From the human T2T-CHM13v2.0 reference genome, Homo sapiens: 64,000 nucleotides of DNA. Where the stretch lies: NCBI RefSeq assembly GCF_009914755.1, contig NC_060943.1; one strand, 5' to 3'. The position numbers were made by a program, and so were the translations under genes. Of this stretch, positions 1 to 13,723 are shown piece by piece. The notes beneath the pieces are model-generated. The model had not been told where the DNA came from. It made no database searches and saw nothing but the letters and a program-made list of their open reading frames with translations. Positions within the stretch are counted from its first letter, which is position 1, and each line of letters starts with the position of its first letter.

Positions 1-1010
1 GAAAAAAATAAATTTTTAGAATCAAAGATGTGGTTTGTCATTACATCCATGTGGTTGTAAAATACAAGTTTGAGTTTTTGTTTTTCGGAGGAGGAAGAGG
101 CTCACAAAGACTAAAGTGCTTAGGGCCTTGTAAGAGGGGGCACATGGCCAGGGCTCAGTGGTTGGGGTAGGGGTCTCTGGAGCCTGGAGGTGGCCTCAGA
201 GCTAAGGGACAGGTGCCCCCATGAAACACCCCAAGCTTAATTTGACTCCAGGCCACTGTGGCTTCTGAACTGATGCCTGGGCTCTCGGCATAGAAAGGGG
301 GACTATGAGAGGGAGATCTGGGGTCCCTGTCCCTCCTCTGGTCACTCATTTCACTCAGTGGGTGGGTGGGGGTTTAAGGGAAGGAGGAAGTTCTATTCTG
401 CAGACCCTCCAAGTACTGTGCACACATCTCCTGGATGCTGGGTCACCCAGCCCTGAATTCTGGGGAGCTGCTGTCCAGTAAAGAGATATAAGCAGTCCAT
501 AAAAGACTGCAGTCCAGGGGGAAATGAAATGGATACATCAGAGGGACTGGGGTGAACCTGCTGGAGGCTGGAGTGATGGGGTGATCTGCAAGGAGGGGCC
601 AGAGCAACTTATGAACCCAGGCATCCCCGACTGCCACGCCTGTCCTCCTTCCCAACACAGGAAGTCTTTGTGAGTTCGTCTGCTTGAGCCTTTGCTCTGG
701 CCTCTCCCCCTTGGTCAGATGGCCCCTCGAAGGCCTCCGCCCTCTCAAAGAGCCCTTCCTCTAAGCCCATCTCAATGCCCCCCACTTAAAGAGTGCCCCA
801 TTATCTCTAGCAGGGTCACTGGGATTGGTTCTACCACCAATACACTGGCAATCATTTTCTGATCTCTTAAATAGAACACACAGTCCCCAGTCCCAAGTGG
901 CTGGTATACAGTGGGTGCTTAATACACAACAGCAATCTTGAGGAAGCTTTTAGAAATTAGCAGATGTAGACCTTCATACTGAGCTACTTTCTAACAACTT
1001 CTTAAGGATT

Positions 1011-1312
1011 ATTTTTTATTTATTATTCTTAGAGACAGGGTCTCACTCTATTGCCCAGATGAGTGCAGTGGTGCAATCGTGGCTCACTTCAGCCTTGACC
1101 TCCTGAGCTCAAGCCATCCTTCTGCCTCAGCCTTGTGAGGAGCTAGAACTATGGCTGTGTGCCACCACGCCCAGCTAATTTTGTTTGTTTGTGTAGAGGT
1201 GGGTGTCTCTTTTCTGTTGCCCAGGTTGGTCTTGAACTCCTGGCCTCAAGCAATCTTCCCTCCCCGATCTCCCAAAGTGCTAGGATTACAGGCACAAGCC
1301 ATGGTGCCTGGC
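1011..1312 (-). mobile_element. Alu SINE, old (AluJ-like)
   Basis: Antisense Alu: T-rich tail, GAGACAGGGTCTCACTCT...CTCCCAAAGTGCTAGGATTACAGGC; heavily diverged. Confidence 0.92.
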
Positions 1313-1679
1313 TGGAGCTACGTTTTAAGTCACTTTGCAGGGACCCTCTCTGCCCTGCCTGCTCTTGGAAGAGTGAGCAAGGGGCTTCTCCCCACCCCCA
1401 GGGCCACCTTACATTTTATTTATTGAGAGCACTTTTCCCTGGGACCAAAACTTCAGCATCACTCCCTAAACTCCTGACTGTCCCAGAATCCCCATCCAGC
1501 ACCCTAGGAGCAATCCAGGAGCTCAGAATTCACTGTTATCCCGGTAGAGTGTGCATCTTTGCCTGTCAAGGTACGCCCCAACTCCAAGGTCTGCCACGCA
1601 CCCCCACCCCCAAACAGAGCAGAGCCACAGCCAGCAGGGTGGGAGGTGCAGGGAGGAGGAGCTCCTTTTCCATCTACTT

Positions 1680-2105
1680 CGGCCAACACACAGGGTTCAG
1701 GCAGGCCTGTGGACAAGGCGGAGGAACTCCCAGGCAGCCAGGCTGGCTTCGGCGTGTGGAGGCGGGAGGGGCACAGCCAGGTGCGAGGGAAGGCTGGCAT
1801 CTGGCGCCCACTGCCTGCCCACCCGCCCGCCCGCCCGCCCAAGTAGGTCTGGGCTTCCCTGCCTTTAATAACCATCCCCACCGCAGAGGAACGGAAGCTA
1901 GAAACACACCGGCTTTGGCATTTCAGGCGAGTCGAGGGTGGATTATCAGGGCATTTAGAAGAAGGGGAAGGGAAGAAAAAGAGCGCTGGAGACCGGGAGA
2001 CCACACAGGGAGACAGTGCACAGAGCTGCCGCAGCCATCTGCCGCGACTTCATATGCCGCCCCGGAAACTGACAGACACTGCTTCAGCAAGGCCCAGCCC
2101 GTCAG
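1680..2105. promoter_or_regulatory. Small CpG-rich, GC-box-containing segment (candidate regulatory element)
   Basis: About two dozen CpGs in ~420 bp of non-repeat DNA; CCCACCCGCCCGCCCGCCCGCCC at 1818-1840. Confidence 0.45.
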
Positions 2106-4541
2106 ATGAGTCAATCAATCAAAAAAATTCTTATGAAACTTAATCATAGAGGGTCATGTTAGGGAGTGGGGAACAGATTAAATTACCACAGTATTAGATA
2201 CGGGAAATGATTTCTGTCAAAACCATCTTTACTGCAATTATAATATGTTAATTATGTATTTCATTAAGTAAGTGGATTAGAGTCTGCACAGATGAAATCA
2301 TGTGGAGGCTTTGAATCATTCGCCGAGCACGGTGGGAGGACTTCTGTGAATGGATCTCGTTTAATTTGGAAAACTTTTGCATGCAAAATGTGATTTTTTT
2401 CCCCTTCTTTTGTGACCCTGGCCCTCAGCCTCAGTGGAGAAAACGCCCGGGTTGCTGAGAGGAGAATCTGCTGACTGCCTCCTCCATGCTCTGAAGTCAG
2501 CCCGTGAGGCCCGTGTGCTGGGAGCCAGTCCCGGGCTCTTTCTGTCTTGCTTCTTTCAGCTTGCAGTGGGCAAAGCGATGCTGATGGCCTGCAAGGGGGA
2601 TGGGCACCTCTGGGTGCCTGCTCATCTTCTAGCACAATTAGGCAAAGTCTTCATGAGGTTCAAAACCAAAGGACAACCAGTGCATCAAGAAGACAGCCAG
2701 GGTACCATATCCTGGTGCATCCACGTGTCTTCTGGCCACATCGCATGACATGCATCTGCCCTTTTCATTTGGCCTTTGGGGATACCCTGCCCACTGGGAA
2801 GACAGCTTTAAGAAGCTCAGTGGAGTCCCTTGCAAGGGAGATGGCTGCCCCACTACGGGCAGGATGGCCCACAGCGCACGGGGCAGACACAATCAGATTT
2901 TTTGCAGCACATATTTCAGGCCAGCTCTTCAATCCTCTCTGCCATTGGGCCCTGCTGTTTGGTAAAAGGGCTATTTAGCCACCTGGTTTCCAGGTATCTT
3001 TTTTTGTAGTTCTGAAGCAAGGAATGGGCGTTGGGCACACCTGTACCACCGAAGTCCCCTTGGGCCACCATGGTGTGGTCTGTCCCTCCATAGATGGACC
3101 CTAGTATCTTGTCCCTGCTCATCCTCAGAATCTAAGCTGGACATCAGGAGCCTGCCCATCTCAGCTTCAGTTCAAGGCAACAGAGGCCACCAAGGAGAAG
3201 ACCTTCCATATCTCTGCAACTCTTCTATTCTTCTTGGCTTCTGAAGATCTTCTGGGATGTAAGGGGCAGTTGAGTCATAAACGAAATAAGAGTTAATAGT
3301 TATTCTTCAGAAAGAGGAGGTATCCAGTGCACATACATTTCCTGGGTCCCTAAGTATTCCATTATCAGTAATAACCACAGGGAAGTTTTGACGAAGAGGA
3401 GAAAAGAGAGGAGGCAGGCGGACGGGGCCTGCTTGGAGTGCATGGCAGTGTAAGTGACGGGAAAAGGTTGGCTGATTTGATGAAAACCCCATCAGCCTCT
3501 CTAGGGAGATATTACTTTCCTCATTATTCCACTGATTGGCCTTATTTCATCTGAAGAATGCTGTACATTCTTTACAGGCCTGGCAAGCTTCTTTAACAAT
3601 ATCCAGAAAAAAAAATCTATCACCTCCTTAATAGAAACAACAAAGAAATTAACATGAGCCATCTTCTTCCAGGGATCAGTAGAGAGACCTGGCCTGATCC
3701 CCTTTCTTCTGACCTAGCCACCCAGTCTTCAACCCCCAAAATTATCAAAGAAATTGTTTAAACGTTGTACACATAGGATGGTTGAGGGAGGAGCTTCTTC
3801 TACTATACGACAGCAGCTGAGGATGTTTCATAAATTCCATAAGGAGAACAAAGGCTCAAGTCTGGATCCCAGCATCCCCCTTTGCACAGAAACAAAATCT
3901 CGATGTGATTGGATGGTTCAGGAAGAACTCAGTTTTCAGGGAGAGTCTGTCTCGATGCAAGAGAATCAGTTTCGTCCCTGATGAAACATAGGGCTTCTCT
4001 TCCTAGCACAACAACAGAGAGGGAAGAACAAAAATACACTCGTGAAATTCAGGCTGAGACTGGCGTTATCAATGGCCTGGAGCTTGCAATAACTATTAAT
4101 TAAGTGCATTTTTTCATTATTCTTTAGCAAAGAGGTAAGATTTAATGATGTAAGCTAACAATGGATGATAATTTAAAGTGGTGACAATAGTTTAATTATT
4201 CACACACACACAAAAGTTAACTCCATAACTTATTTCTTTGTGAGAACAAGTTCATTTAAAATATTTTGAACTGTGCATACAATTATCACTTAAACTCTTT
4301 CCTTCATGGCTTTGTAGAGACAAAGAGTCAATTCTCCCTGTAAATTTCTCACTAGACAGTTCTACAGATGAAGAATTCTGCTTAAAAAAAAAAGAAAAAG
4401 AAAAGAAAAAAAATCGCACCATTGGGTTTTGCCTAGAATGTCCTAGGTCTCAGGAATGGGATGGATGGTTCCATATTACTGTGTCTTTCCATTCCAATAA
4501 GCAGGAACCAAACTCATGCAATAACATGTGTATATGTGAGC

Positions 4542-4564
4542 GTGTGTGTGTGTGTGTGTGTGTG
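4542..4564. repeat. (GT)n microsatellite
   Basis: Pure GT run of 23 bp. Confidence 0.95.
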
Positions 4565-5904
4565 CATGTTTATGTGGAAGGTGCTTCTGTTTTTTGTCAG
4601 CCCATCCCAGAAAGCTCGTTTTTCCTTTTCGCTGACTATTCAGAGTTGGAGATGCTATATGTGGAAGGGGTGAGGTGGGAGGATTGCCGCTTCAGGGGTG
4701 ATTAGAAAAGAAAGGAAGAAGAATAAATAAATACTGTAAGTGGAAGACATCCTCTTGAGTTCACAGCCTTTTCATGGCTTTGAGACAATATAATTGTAAC
4801 ATGACTGAGTATTCAAGCAGCTGGACCTCACCAAGGATGTTCAGGAGTGCCAGAGCTCTAGGGCCCTGGGAAGAGCCAGTGTCATTGCAGGGAGCTAGAG
4901 TTCCTGATTAGGGATGGAGTAGAACCTTCACGATTATCCTGTCATGGAAAAATGCAGAATTTAACCATGTCCAGTGCCCAGTCCATTCCTGATCCTAACT
5001 TCCTCTGTGCTTCCTTGCTGTGAAACACCTCCACTGTTAACAGCAGCTCCAGGGACCTTACAGAACCCAATGGAGAGGCATCTGAGGCACCATCACCAGA
5101 CCCATGCCTTGAATGGAAGCAACTCAAAGTCCCAATGGACCCAAAGTCATGAAGCCATGATTAGGACCACACAGTGCAAGTATTCAGATGGATATTTTAT
5201 AATATCAAATATATAAATGGATTTGTCAAGCCAACAAATACTTGAATATTGTTAAGCATTTGAATAATCCAATATAACAACTTCATTTAGGCTGTCTTTT
5301 AGATGACTCATTTCTCAGTGTAATTATCTCACTGGATGGTTTCATGGATCAGGAACTCTGGTTAGAATCATACTAATCCTGCCATTGGAGTTCAGCTGTT
5401 TACTACGGTTGGGTGTTGCATAAAGTTGATGATACCGTGTGACATAAGATACTGATGTATAAAGGCCAGTTTTCTACCATGATTACTGTTCGTCAAAAAG
5501 ATGTTTAGGAAAAAATATAACATGGCACTCAGGATTCCTACTAAAAAATGTACATTCTAGACTATAAGTCTTCTAAACTCTGGTGAAACATTCTACAAAA
5601 GAGAAAGACTATGTGTAAAATTAATTCCCTCTCCTTCATCTTACTTATAGAGAAAGGAGTGGAAGGACAGTCATTTAAGCTGAGAATAAAATGGATTGCA
5701 GTTTTGGCAGAATAAGAAACTCTATGATCATCAGATGGTGATGTCTGATTGGTGTTTGATAAATATCATCCATAGTTTGTTGAACAGACATGTTCTCACT
5801 ATTTAAAGGTACTCCACATACCACGTAGTTGCTATCACTTGACTTCTTGTTTTATTTTGTATTATCATAAATTAAACTTTTTGTTGTTGTTAACTTATTT
5901 ATTG

Positions 5905-6010
5905 TCTTCCAGAGCAAGAGCTTTGTCCTTCTTGTTTGCTATGGTAATGCGGGCCTAAAACAGTGCCTGGCTCAGAGTGAGTATCTAATAAATATTTGTT
6001 GAGTAAATGA
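5905..6010 (+). mobile_element. L2 LINE 3' fragment
   Basis: AACAGTGCCTGGCTCAGAGTGAGTATCTAATAAATATTTGTTGAGTAAATGA matches the L2 3' terminus. Confidence 0.75.
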
Positions 6011-6119
6011 CTAAATATGTGCTTAATATGGTTGTTGACTGTTAGGTAATTTTCCCTCCCTTAGTCTAGTAAGTGTGTTGACATAATTCATTTAATAAAG
6101 AGATTACAAAAATATCACC

Positions 6120-6552
6120 TTTGGTGGATAGAGTTATTGGCCCCAATTCTCAGCCTTAGCCCTGTGTTTAGAACTTTGCCTTATGAGTCTGTGGTTCTTC
6201 CCATTAAAGGGTGGAGCAAATTTCTTCACTCTTGTGTTTGACCAGGAGACTGACTTTGGCCAATAGCAAGAGAGGAAAGTGATGGTATCCCAGTTCTGAA
6301 CTTCAGCCTTAAGAGAACTTGCATGTTTCTGCTCATTTCTTGTACTTCTGCCATCACCATGAAAAGAACATGCCTGGGCTTACCTGCAGGGCCCAGAAAG
6401 AGAGCACCAAACACTGACAGCAGAGCTACCCAGCAGAGCCCCACCCGTAGGTGCCTTGAGCCCCAGCCAGCCCACAGCCACAGGAATGACAGAAATGTTT
6501 ATTGTTGTGTACCACTGACATGGTGTATTTGCTTGCAGTGCAACAATAGCAA
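6120..6552 (+). mobile_element. ERVL-MaLR LTR, MLT1I/J-like
   Basis: GACTTTGGCCAATAG...CAGCCTTAAGAGAACTTGCATGTTTCTGCTC...CTGCCATCACCATGAAAAGAACATGCC...TTATTGTTGTGTACCACTGA typical of old MLT1 LTRs. Confidence 0.75.
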
Positions 6553-6740
6553 GTCCACACATAATCTTTCTCTGACTCAACTTCATGTCATCCAGTCCCC
6601 CAGATGGATGACCCTGTACCCAAGACACTGAATTGGCCCAAATGACCAAGATAGATATTATACCCATGTCCAAGCCAGGACATCTGTCCTTCATTCCTCA
6701 GTGGACAGTAGGGAATAAAGAAGAGAACCACCTGACTAAG

Positions 6741-7137
6741 TGTTGTAGAAAAAAACCAGGTTCCTGTCACATGACCAGGAAAAATAAGCCATGCAGACAC
6801 TTTGAAGGGCTGGGGATAATGGAGTTTATTGGGTGAAAAGGAAGAAGACTCTCAGCAAAGCAAGAGGGGTTCATGTTAACAGGCCCCAATCTCACAGATT
6901 GAATCTCAGGTCAGCTCCCAGAAACAGGAGAGACCAGACTCCTATCACCGCAAATGGCTTGAACTTCCCGAGGTTCCATCCCATCCTCCCAGTGTGCAGG
7001 TGGGCATTTTTCAGAGAGAATCAGGAAAGTGTGGGCTTCATTTGAGACCTGAAGTCTGGTTTTTTAGCCTTCAGGCTGTTTTAGGCTTGAAGGCAGGGTT
7101 TTGTGGGGGGGACACTTGCTGCCTCCTGTCTCTATCA
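6741..7137 (-). mobile_element. ERV1 solo LTR, MER61-like
   Basis: TG...CA termini; reverse strand begins TGATAGAGACAGGAGGCAGC...CTTCAAGCCTAAAACAGCCTGAAGG; exact 4-bp TSD TAAG at 6737-6740 and 7138-7141. Confidence 0.85.
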
Positions 7138-8399
7138 TAAGGGCCAGGACCCTTACTCGGCACTTGCCATGTGTTGTCTCATTTTGTCCTCATGGCCGTG
7201 GTGTCCCAACTTCACAGGTAAAGATGCCAGGTTTGCTGAGGGGACACCCCTTGCCTCTGTTCTCCCACCTGGGAAGAGAAGTCCTGAAAGCATCTTTCAA
7301 CAGTGGTTCTTGGAGATAATTCCAAAGAGAAGGACCAGCCCTGTCTGGAATCAGAGCAAATGGATGGAAAAGCAGAGCTAGCGAACCAATCACCTGCACT
7401 GTCTCCATCAGCCCCATCCTCACAGCCGCCTGAACATTGAATCTGGCCTCATCTAGACGTGATCCCATGCTCTCCCTGGGACTATGTTACTTGGACAAGG
7501 AATATTTGTCCTGGAATCCTTTGTACCCTGCTCTCTTACTTGCCTTAGATAACCCCTTCCGACAGGGAGCAGAATATTACATAAGGGATGCTGGAACTGT
7601 GCCTTCAAGATGACAGCATTTTTGAAACAAAGGCATAGCCATAAATCTAATTTGTTTCTTTGCCAGGCTTTCCAAACACAGCTTCGTTGTAGGAAAGTGA
7701 CCATCCCATCAGAAAATGGAATAATTGTGACTTGCATTTTGAGGACATATCTTTCCGCAGCCTGGGCGCTAGTTCACGCATTCATGTGATAAATTTCTAC
7801 TGAAGGCACACTGTGAGTCAGGCAGGCTTCTAGGGCCTCGGGGCCCAGATCATTCTCTTAAATTAGTGCCCCTTTGTTTTGGAAGCATTTTAGATTAGAC
7901 GTCCTTTACCACTGCTTACCGTAGGACTTTAGATGGCTTTCAGACACACACCCAAGTTCTCGCCTTCGTCTGCCCCTGATAACTTGACTTCTATCTTGCC
8001 TTCCTAGCCTCTACCTGTTTCCACCTGAGGTTTCCCTGCCCTAAATGCTCCCCTCCATTTCCCTCTAACTTGTTTTCCAGGACACCGATCTAATGGCCTC
8101 AGAGAGCAAGGGGCCTTCCCCAACTTCCTGGAGGAGAACCTTTCACAAGTCCCTTAGTGACACCATTGGGAATAATAAATACTTTGTGACATTTGATGCA
8201 CAATAAGAATATACCCTGAATAATGATCTAATGATCACATTGCTTTGCTTTTGTTATTGTTGTTAACCAATCTGGCTCAACTATTGGAATGTGTGCCTCT
8301 TTCTTCAGGTCAGGGACCGTGTTGTGAAAACCTGAGTTCCTGGGACATATTATGGAAGAAGCACAATAAAAACAGATGGGCCAATGTTAATTTGCCTAT

Positions 8400-8540
8400 T
8401 CTGCTTATTGTTTATTGTATATGCTCTAGAATGTATGCTCCAAGAAGGCAGGACTCTGTCTGTTGTATTCAATGATGTATTATGAGTACCTGGAATAGTG
8501 TCAGGCACGTAATAGGTATTCAATAAATATTGTTAACTGA
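8400..8540 (+). mobile_element. L2 LINE 3' fragment
   Basis: CTAGAATGTATGCTCCAAGAAGGCAGGACT...CCTGGAATAGTGTCAGGCACGTAATAGGTATTCAATAAATATTGTT. Confidence 0.8.
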
Positions 8541-9269
8541 AAGAACAGTTAGGAGCAGACAGAGAAAATTTTTAGCACTTGTGTAACAATAATAATTCCA
8601 GTCTCCAAATACCTTGTCTTTTCCTAAAGGCAGTAGGTCTTCCCGATTCCGATGCCCACAGTTCTTTGTTCTCCCTATAAACAAAACAAGATATTATCAG
8701 TGGGATAAGACATCCCACTGGCACCAGTTTTTGTCGGTCGGGAGCAGGAGCAGATATCAGCCACCCAGGGCATCTATTTAAAGTGAAGAAGCTTTGACTT
8801 CTGGATCATTATCCACCTGCAGAAGCACAAAGATCTTTATGGGAGCACCATCTTTTTTGGTGATCACACCTCTGGAAATGATGTTATAAGACCAGGAAAT
8901 TGATTTCCTGCATTGCAAAATCATTCCCAGGGTCATCAGTATCAAAGCCAAGTGGTTCATGGATTTTTTTTTCTTAAGATAAAGTGCAATATGCTTTGTG
9001 AGTTAAGCTTAACAAGATGTGATGAAATAAAGTTTATCCTTTGAATAAGTGTCATGGCTTAACACAGGCAGCCGATCCTGGTCCCTTCCTTAATCATGAC
9101 CTACAGAATTGACTTCCTCCTAAGCAAAAAGTTACGGCACTGAGAAGGTAGCTGGGTGCATGGGGATGGGGCTGGCAGGCCACTTCTGCTGCCCAATGTG
9201 ACCAGGCCCAGGAGTCCCTCATGCAGCAGCGATGAGACTGAAGGGAAAATAGGCACTTTCTTGCCTGAG

Positions 9270-10085
9270 AGCAGGGTGGTAAATTGATACAACCATTCCA
9301 GAGAGCAATGAGGCCCTAGGTACAGAATTGAACATATATTGACATTCTAACCTGGCATTTTTTTTGTGGGAATTTAACTTAAAGAAACTCTTTGGCAGGT
9401 GGGTGCACAGGAAAACCAGTCCATGAAATGTGTTCTAGTGGTGCTTGTAATACAAGAAAATGATGGCAAGCTATCTACTGTCACTAGAACAGTAGATAAA
9501 ACAAGTCTTGCTATATTCAAAGAGTAAAAGACTAAGTAGCAGCTAAAATGATGAACTAGAGTAGGAATCAGCAAACTGTGGCCAGCAAGCCAAATCTTGT
9601 CTGTCTCCTGTGTTTGTTAATAAAGTTGTATTAGAAGATACCCATTCATTTATTCACATATTGTCTGTGGCCACTTTTTGCTCTAAAAGGTTAGAGCTCA
9701 GTAGGTATAATAGATACTATAAGATCCACATGTAACCTAAATGCCTGGAAGTAGTTACAATCTAGCCCATTACAGAATAACTGTGCTGGTTCTTCTTAAA
9801 AGAGAGCTGCATAGATCACCAATACAAAAAAATGTTGAAGGAAAAGGGTAGATTATAACATAAAATGCCATGATGCTGTTTATGTGAATTAAACACAAAC
9901 ATATATGGCTATATACCTAAGTACAGGAAAGTGGCACAGATGGGCTGGAAGGTGTCAACCTATTTCATGATTCTAATCGCCTATGGGAGGGCCCAAGGAG
10001 AATGGACTGGGGCTGAAGGGAATCAAAGTCTATGCAAAGATAATGACTTATTCCTTCTGCTGCATAGACTTGAAATAAATATAAC
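9270..10085 (+). mobile_element. Ancient L1 (L1ME-like) 3' fragment, interrupted by MER58A
   Basis: GGTAAATTGATACAACCATTCCAGAGAGCAAT and further degenerate L1M 3' UTR motifs on both sides of the MER58A. Confidence 0.55.
9562..9795 (-). mobile_element. MER58A (hAT-Charlie non-autonomous DNA transposon)
   Basis: CAGCAAACTGTGGCCAGCAAGCCAAATC...GTTTGTTAATAAAGTTGTATTAGAA...ATTGTCTGTGGCCACTTT. Confidence 0.8.
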
Positions 10086-10237
10086 AACATTATGCTCCCA
10101 AGGGAGGTAGGCAGAGTCCGCAGGATGCAGGCCTCGATGTTTGAGGCATAGGCTGCTTCTAAGACCGCTTTTCCCAGCCCTGCCTCACCCTGTGGTCACT
10201 CTCGTGGTACAATGAACAACTTTGTCAACTGCACGTG

Positions 10238-10380
10238 GCAGACAACTCTGACCTGAGGGCTAAAGTTCAGGCAGAACAATGTATTTTAGACAAATAAATA
10301 ATTGGGATTGAGGACAAAACTATAGATATACATATAATTTGGAATGCCCTAATTGTACTTTCCTACTGCTAACATCACCA
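10238..10380 (+). repeat. Local dispersed direct duplication, copy 1
   Basis: Hand alignment to 13582-13723: 122/143 identical (20 substitutions, 1 gap). Confidence 0.93.
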
Positions 10381-10769
10381 CTTAAAAATGTGAGATTTAT
10401 CTAAGTCTGTGCCCTCCAAAACCATAGCTTCTAGCCACATGTGGCTACTGAACACTCGACATGTGGCTGGGACGAAAGAAAATGTACTATCAATGTAAAA
10501 CACACACCGGATCTCAAGGACAATAGAGAAAAAAATATATGTATCTCATTAACAATTCATCCTATCCATGGCAGGTTAAAATGATCATGTTTGGTATACC
10601 AGTGGATTAGTCTACTATTGCAGCTGTAACAAATTACTTCAAAGTAGGTGGCTTGAAACAACTCCAATTTGTTATCTCACCATTTTGTAGGTGAGAAGTT
10701 CAATGCAGGCTTTACTGGGATAAGACTGAGATGTCATCAGGACTACATTCTTTTCTGGAGGCTCTAGAA

Positions 10770-11572
<803 letters not shown>

Positions 11573-11945
11573 TAAGGACCTTCGTGATTACAGATTATCT
11601 AGATCACATCCCTATCTTAAAATCAGCTGGCTAGCAAACTTAATTCCATCTGCAACCTCAATGCTCTTTTGCCATGAAACAAAGATTTTTGAACACCTTC
11701 GGGGAGGTCTTTATTTTGGCTATCACAATTGAGCTAAATAAAAATATTTTATTAAAATTAATTTTACCTGTCTCTTTCCACCTTTTTAATGTGGCTATAA
11801 GAAAATGTAAAGTTGTCCATGAAGCTCTCATTCTATTTCTATTGGGCATCACTGCTTCAAGATGTGAATGTGCTTCACCAACTATAAGGTACCTTGATGG
11901 TGAGGAATGTTAATTGAAAGAAAATGACTTTTTATGAAGTGACTT

Positions 11946-12245
11946 TTATTTTTTTTCTTTTTTTTTCAGATAGGTTCTCATTCTGTCACCCAGGCTGGAG
12001 TGCAACAATACAATCATGGCTCACTGCAGCTTCAATCTCCTGGGTTCAAGTGAACCTCTTACCTCAGCCCCCCAAGTAACTGAGACTATAGCTGCATGCC
12101 ACCATGCCCAGCTAATCTTTTATTTTTCATAGAGATGGGGTCTCACTATGTTGCCCAGGCTGGTCTCAAACTCCTGACCTCAAGCAATCCTTCTGTCTCA
12201 GCCTTCCAAAGTGCCAGAATTACAGGTGTGAGCCACCACACCCCA
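11946..12245 (-). mobile_element. AluJ-like
   Basis: T-tail, CACCCAGGCTGGAGTGCA...GGGTCTCACTATGTTGCCCAGGCTGGTCTCAAACTCCTGACCTCAAGCAATCC. Confidence 0.92.
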
Positions 12246-12289
12246 GAATGTTGCTCTTGAAGATAGCAAAAACACACTTCCCCCTGGAG

Positions 12290-12505
12290 GAATAAATAAT
12301 ACTACGATAGCTCACATTTAGTGAGGGCTTACAATGGGCCAGGCCTTGTGTTTAAATATCAGTTGGTTTCATCTTTATATTAACCCCGAGACAGGTACTG
12401 TTGTTCTTTATGTATTGCAAGTAAAGTTGCTGAGGCACAGATAGGTTAAGTAATTTGCCAAAGTCACACAGCCAACAAGTAGGAGCACAGGCTGTGGACT
12501 CTGGA
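12290..12505 (-). mobile_element. MIR SINE
   Basis: MIR core CTGAGGCACAGATAGGTTAAGTAATTTGCCAAAGTCACACAGC. Confidence 0.85.
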
Positions 12506-12884
12506 GGCCTCCCTCTAGGTGGTGTGCACGTGTTAGACATCAGTTTGCACTGTAAGATGCATGAAGGGTGCTGTTCTTAGACACAACTGGCAAAAACAAC
12601 AACGCTCTGCGGTCTACCTGCCCCTCTGCCAAGAAACTACAAAAGACACCTCTTCTTTGTGCAGCTCTTCCGAGTGACAACCCTGGTATCTAACTCCCAG
12701 CCATAAAGCGAATTTCCCCTGGATACTCTGTCTTGAGGCAGCCCTCCAAATGGGTATTTGAGTCTGGCTCACTTTTTAAGCTCCACGTGTGACTAATTCC
12801 CACCAGACAGACAGCAGCAGGAGTCCAGCAGCTGCAGGGAAAGGCCTCAGCTTCTAAGGTCTTGAAGGAAAGGGATAGTTTAGC

Positions 12885-13078
12885 CACACACATATTCGCA
12901 CACACACACAAACACACAGGCACACATACATACACACAGACACACATGCATACACACATATACACACGTATATACACATACACACACGTATACACACACA
13001 CATACACAAAACTACACACACATACACACATACACATACACATTCACACACATTCACACACACATGCATATACACACA
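12885..13078. repeat. Degenerate (CA/TA)n microsatellite
   Basis: ~190 bp of largely alternating purine-pyrimidine CACACATACAC units. Confidence 0.95.
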
Positions 13079-13581
13079 ATTTAAATATCTCTATACTTAT
13101 CTCTACTTAAAATATTTGTGTATGTCCAAATGAATATATATATATGCTTTAAATATCTTTTTCTGTATGCTGATATATGTATGTCTGTGTGCACATGTAA
13201 ATTTGTCATGCATTTCCTTGTCTTTCTCACTTATTTTACCCAACTCTTTCTCTCTTAAATGTCTCTACAGCTCAAGATTTCCTTACATAGTTCCAAAGTT
13301 AAATTTTATTTAACATTCATTTATATATCTTTGCGTGCGTGTGTATGTGTGTGTGTATTTCACATGGAATAATTCCTGATCACCACACATATATGAATGC
13401 CTCTGTATGTGTATAAACACATAATAAAAGTACCTCCATATCACCAAGAAAAACATTTTAAAAATTATTTTGGTGAGCCTAGATTCTGGATGCCTGATAG
13501 TGGTATGATTTCCTACAGTGTATTTAACCAAACCCCACTCCAGTATTAAGGAGCACACACAACTAGAATTATATTTTACTA

Positions 13582-13723
13582 GCAGACAACTCTGAACTAA
13601 GGACTAAAGTTAAGGCAGAACAACATATTTTAGACAAATAAATAATTGAGATTTTAAACAGAAGTACATGCATAGATATAATTTGGAATGCCCTAATTGC
13701 ATTTTCCTATGCTAACATCACCA
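13582..13723 (+). repeat. Local dispersed direct duplication, copy 2
   Basis: ~85% identical to 10238-10380. Confidence 0.93.

Noticed and set aside
1800-2050. CTCF-like motifs
   Set aside because: Best matches have two mismatches to the core consensus; not supportable without ChIP data.
1159-2109. 316-aa ORF, the longest in the window
   Set aside because: Starts inside an antisense Alu at a non-ATG codon and runs through GC-rich DNA where stops are rare; no recognisable domain.
2430-3260. Overlapping ORFs suggesting a possible processed pseudogene
   Set aside because: No translation resembles a protein I recognise; no poly-A tail or TSD seen.
6741-7137. p53 response element, known in some MER61 LTRs
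   Set aside because: No paired RRRCWWGYYY half-sites found in this copy.
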